Source: Candidatus Iainarchaeum sp.
GTDB taxonomy: Archaea > Iainarchaeota > Iainarchaeia > Iainarchaeales > Iainarchaeaceae
NCBI GenBank assembly: GCA_038895675.1
Contig: JAWANB010000016.1
Span: 1 to 17,577, forward strand
Reading direction: 5' to 3'
DNA length: 17,577 nucleotides
The notes under the pieces were generated by a model, which searched no databases, was not told the DNA's origin, and worked only from the letters and a program-made list of their open reading frames with translations. The position numbers and the translations under genes are program-made. Positions 15,857-17,577 of this stretch are shown here, piece after piece (the first letter of the stretch is position 1; each line of letters starts with the position of its first letter).

Positions 15857-16996
15857 GTGGTTTTCGTGTTAAGGTTGAGTTTGTCTAACATTTTTAGGTA
15901 TAAGTTAAGGTCTTTTCTTGCTATACTTGGGATTTCGCTTGGTGTTGCTTCTTTGATTGCTCTTGTTTCTATTGTTGATGGTATTAGGGCTGACATTGAA
16001 GACGCTTTTAGCCAAGTTCAAGGTTTGCGTGTTGTTCCAAAAAAGGCATCAGATCCTATTTACAATTATCTTGATGTTTCTTGGATTAGTAAGATTGAGA
16101 AAGTTAAGGGTGTTAAAGTAGTTGTGCCTGTAATCATTCAGGCTTCTAAGTCTATTGATAATAAGGAAATGCAGTTTTTTGGTTCTGTTAGGATATTAGG
16201 GCTTGATCTTCAGAAGCAAGCTACTGCTAATGGTTCTGGTTTTAGCGGTGAGCTTTTAGAAGGTCGTGATTTCAAGTCTAACGATTCTGGTGTTGTTTTG
16301 ATTGGGAAGAAGATAAAAGATGATTTTAGAAAGTTTTTAGGTTCTAAGATTAATGTTAATGGTAAGAGTTTTTCTATAATTGGAGTTTATACTACTGGTT
16401 CTGATTTGCTTGATAACTCTATTATAATGTCTATTAATGATGTGCGTTCTATAACAGACTTTCCTAAGGATAAAGTAAGTTATCTTAATGTTCAGGCAGT
16501 TTCTCCTACTTTAGAGAGTGAGGTTGTTGATAGGATAAACTTGATTTATGGGAATGATGTTACTGCTAGAAGCCTTAATGATTTTTCTTCTCAGTTTGGT
16601 TCTGTTTTTAATAACATTACTTTGCTTGTTTTGGTTGTTGCTTCTATTGCTTCTCTTGTTGCTTCTGTTGGTGTGATAAACACCATGCTTATGAGTGTGC
16701 TTGAGCGTTTTAGGGAGATTGGTGCTTTGAAGGCTGTTGGTTGGTCTAATGGTGATGTTATGCGTATGGTTCTTTATGAGTCTGGTTTTTTGGGTGTTAT
16801 TGGTGGTTTGCTTGGTGTTGTTTTTGGTTTGTTTCTTTCTTTTGTTATTGTTTCTTTTGGTTTACCGAGTAAAATTTCTTTTGAATTGGCTTTTGGTTCT
16901 TTTTTAGGCGCTGTTTTAGTTAGTGTTTTTGCTGGTCTTTATCCTGCTTATGTTGCTTCTAAGCTTGATCCAATAGAGGCTTTGCGTGCTGAGTGA
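15857..16996 (+). CDS. Second MacB/LolE/FtsX-family ABC transporter permease
   Basis: NIFRYKLRSFLAILGISLGVASLI, NTMLMSVLERFREIGALKAVG, and PAYVASKLDPIEALRAE. Start is GTG at 15857 or 15866. Confidence 0.95.
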   Translation: MVFVLRLSLSNIFRYKLRSFLAILGISLGVASLIALVSIVDGIRADIEDAFSQVQGLRVVPKKASDPIYNYLDVSWISKIEKVKGVKVVVPVIIQASKSIDNKEMQFFGSVRILGLDLQKQATANGSGFSGELLEGRDFKSNDSGVVLIGKKIKDDFRKFLGSKINVNGKSFSIIGVYTTGSDLLDNSIIMSINDVRSITDFPKDKVSYLNVQAVSPTLESEVVDRINLIYGNDVTARSLNDFSSQFGSVFNNITLLVLVVASIASLVASVGVINTMLMSVLERFREIGALKAVGWSNGDVMRMVLYESGFLGVIGGLLGVVFGLFLSFVIVSFGLPSKISFELAFGSFLGAVLVSVFAGLYPAYVASKLDPIEALRAE

Positions 16997-17147
16997 TTTT
17001 TTTTTATTTTATGGTTTTGTAATATTTCATACTTAATATTATTTGGCTTTTTTTTTGTTTTTTTTTACTTTTTTTCAATTTTTTTTTGCCTTTTGTTTTC
17101 AGTTGTTGTTTGTTGTTTTTATTGTTTTTTTAGACTTTTGTGTTTTT

Positions 17148-17201
17148 GTTTGTTAGTCGTGTTTTTTTTTGTTGTTGTGTTTTTTTTATTTTGTTTTTTT
17201 T
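17148..17201 (+). repeat. Interspersed T-tract repeat, copy 7
   Basis: GTTTGTTAGTCGTG-T9-GTTGTTGTG-Tn-ATTTTG-Tn. Confidence 0.8.
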
Positions 17202-17243
17202 AGCATTTATCTTTATATTTTTCTTTGTTAGTTTGTTATTTAT

Positions 17244-17577
17244 ATGGTCATGTCTATTGCTGTGTTAGGAGCTTCTTCTAATAGGTCTAAGTTTGGTAAT
17301 AAGTGTGTTAGGGCTTATTTGAGTTTAGGTTGGATTGTTTTTCCTGTGAATAATAAGGAAGAGTTTATTGAGGGTTTAAAGTGCTATAAGTCTGTTTTGG
17401 ACTTGCCTTTTGTTCCTGATAGAGTTTCTGTTTATTTGCCTCCTTCTATTACTTTATCTCTTGTTAATGATTTGAAGTTGAAAGGAATTAAGAGTGTTAT
17501 ATTAAATCCTGGTGCAGAATCAGATGATCTTGTAAGTTCACTTAGGGCTAATGGCATATTGCCTGTTTTGACTTGTA
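17244..17577 (+). CDS. CoA-binding protein (YccU/CoA_binding_2-like), truncated by the window end and absent from the ORF track
   Basis: Manual translation: MVMSIAVLGASSNRSKFGNKCVRAYLSLGWIVFPVNNKEEFIEGLKCYKSVLDLPFVPDRVSVYLPP...ILNPGAESDDL...TC. Contains the IAVxGAS, FPVN and PGAE family motifs. Confidence 0.9.
   Translation, partial: MVMSIAVLGASSNRSKFGNKCVRAYLSLGWIVFPVNNKEEFIEGLKCYKSVLDLPFVPDRVSVYLPPSITLSLVNDLKLKGIKSVILNPGAESDDLVSSLRANGILPVLTC

Noticed and set aside
2530..17201. T-tract repeat as a CRISPR array or MITE
   Set aside because: Copies are dispersed kilobases apart with no spacers, terminal inverted repeats, target-site duplications or transposase.

Overview
Low-GC archaeal chromosome segment, identified by TFE, Trm56, an A1:U72 initiator tRNA and BHB-type tRNA introns. 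It is probably from a DPANN-type lineage (inference only). The + strand is strongly G/T-rich whichever strand the genes are on. Left to right: two convergent hypothetical genes (one winged-helix); a ~525-bp AT-rich spacer with palindromes; tRNA-iMet; TFE; a large FN3/Ig-like surface protein; a polyprenyl diphosphate synthase; tRNA-Lys(UUU), tRNA-Lys(CUU) and a two-intron tRNA-Phe; Trm56; SerRS; a class II LysRS fused in frame to a complete AlaX editing domain; a KaiC/RAD55-like ATPase; a COG1361-type protein with a MacB/LolCDE-type ABC operon; and a truncated CoA-binding protein gene. Most notable: (1) the LysRS-AlaX fusion near two tRNA-Lys that both carry G2:U71; (2) the tRNA-Phe whose anticodon sits on a 7-nt exon between two introns; (3) a 289-bp direct repeat bracketing the tRNA/synthetase block; (4) a ~55-bp intergenic repeat always in the same orientation; (5) a 155-bp near-identical tract shared by two diverged permeases; (6) an origin/terminus-like palindromic AT-rich region.
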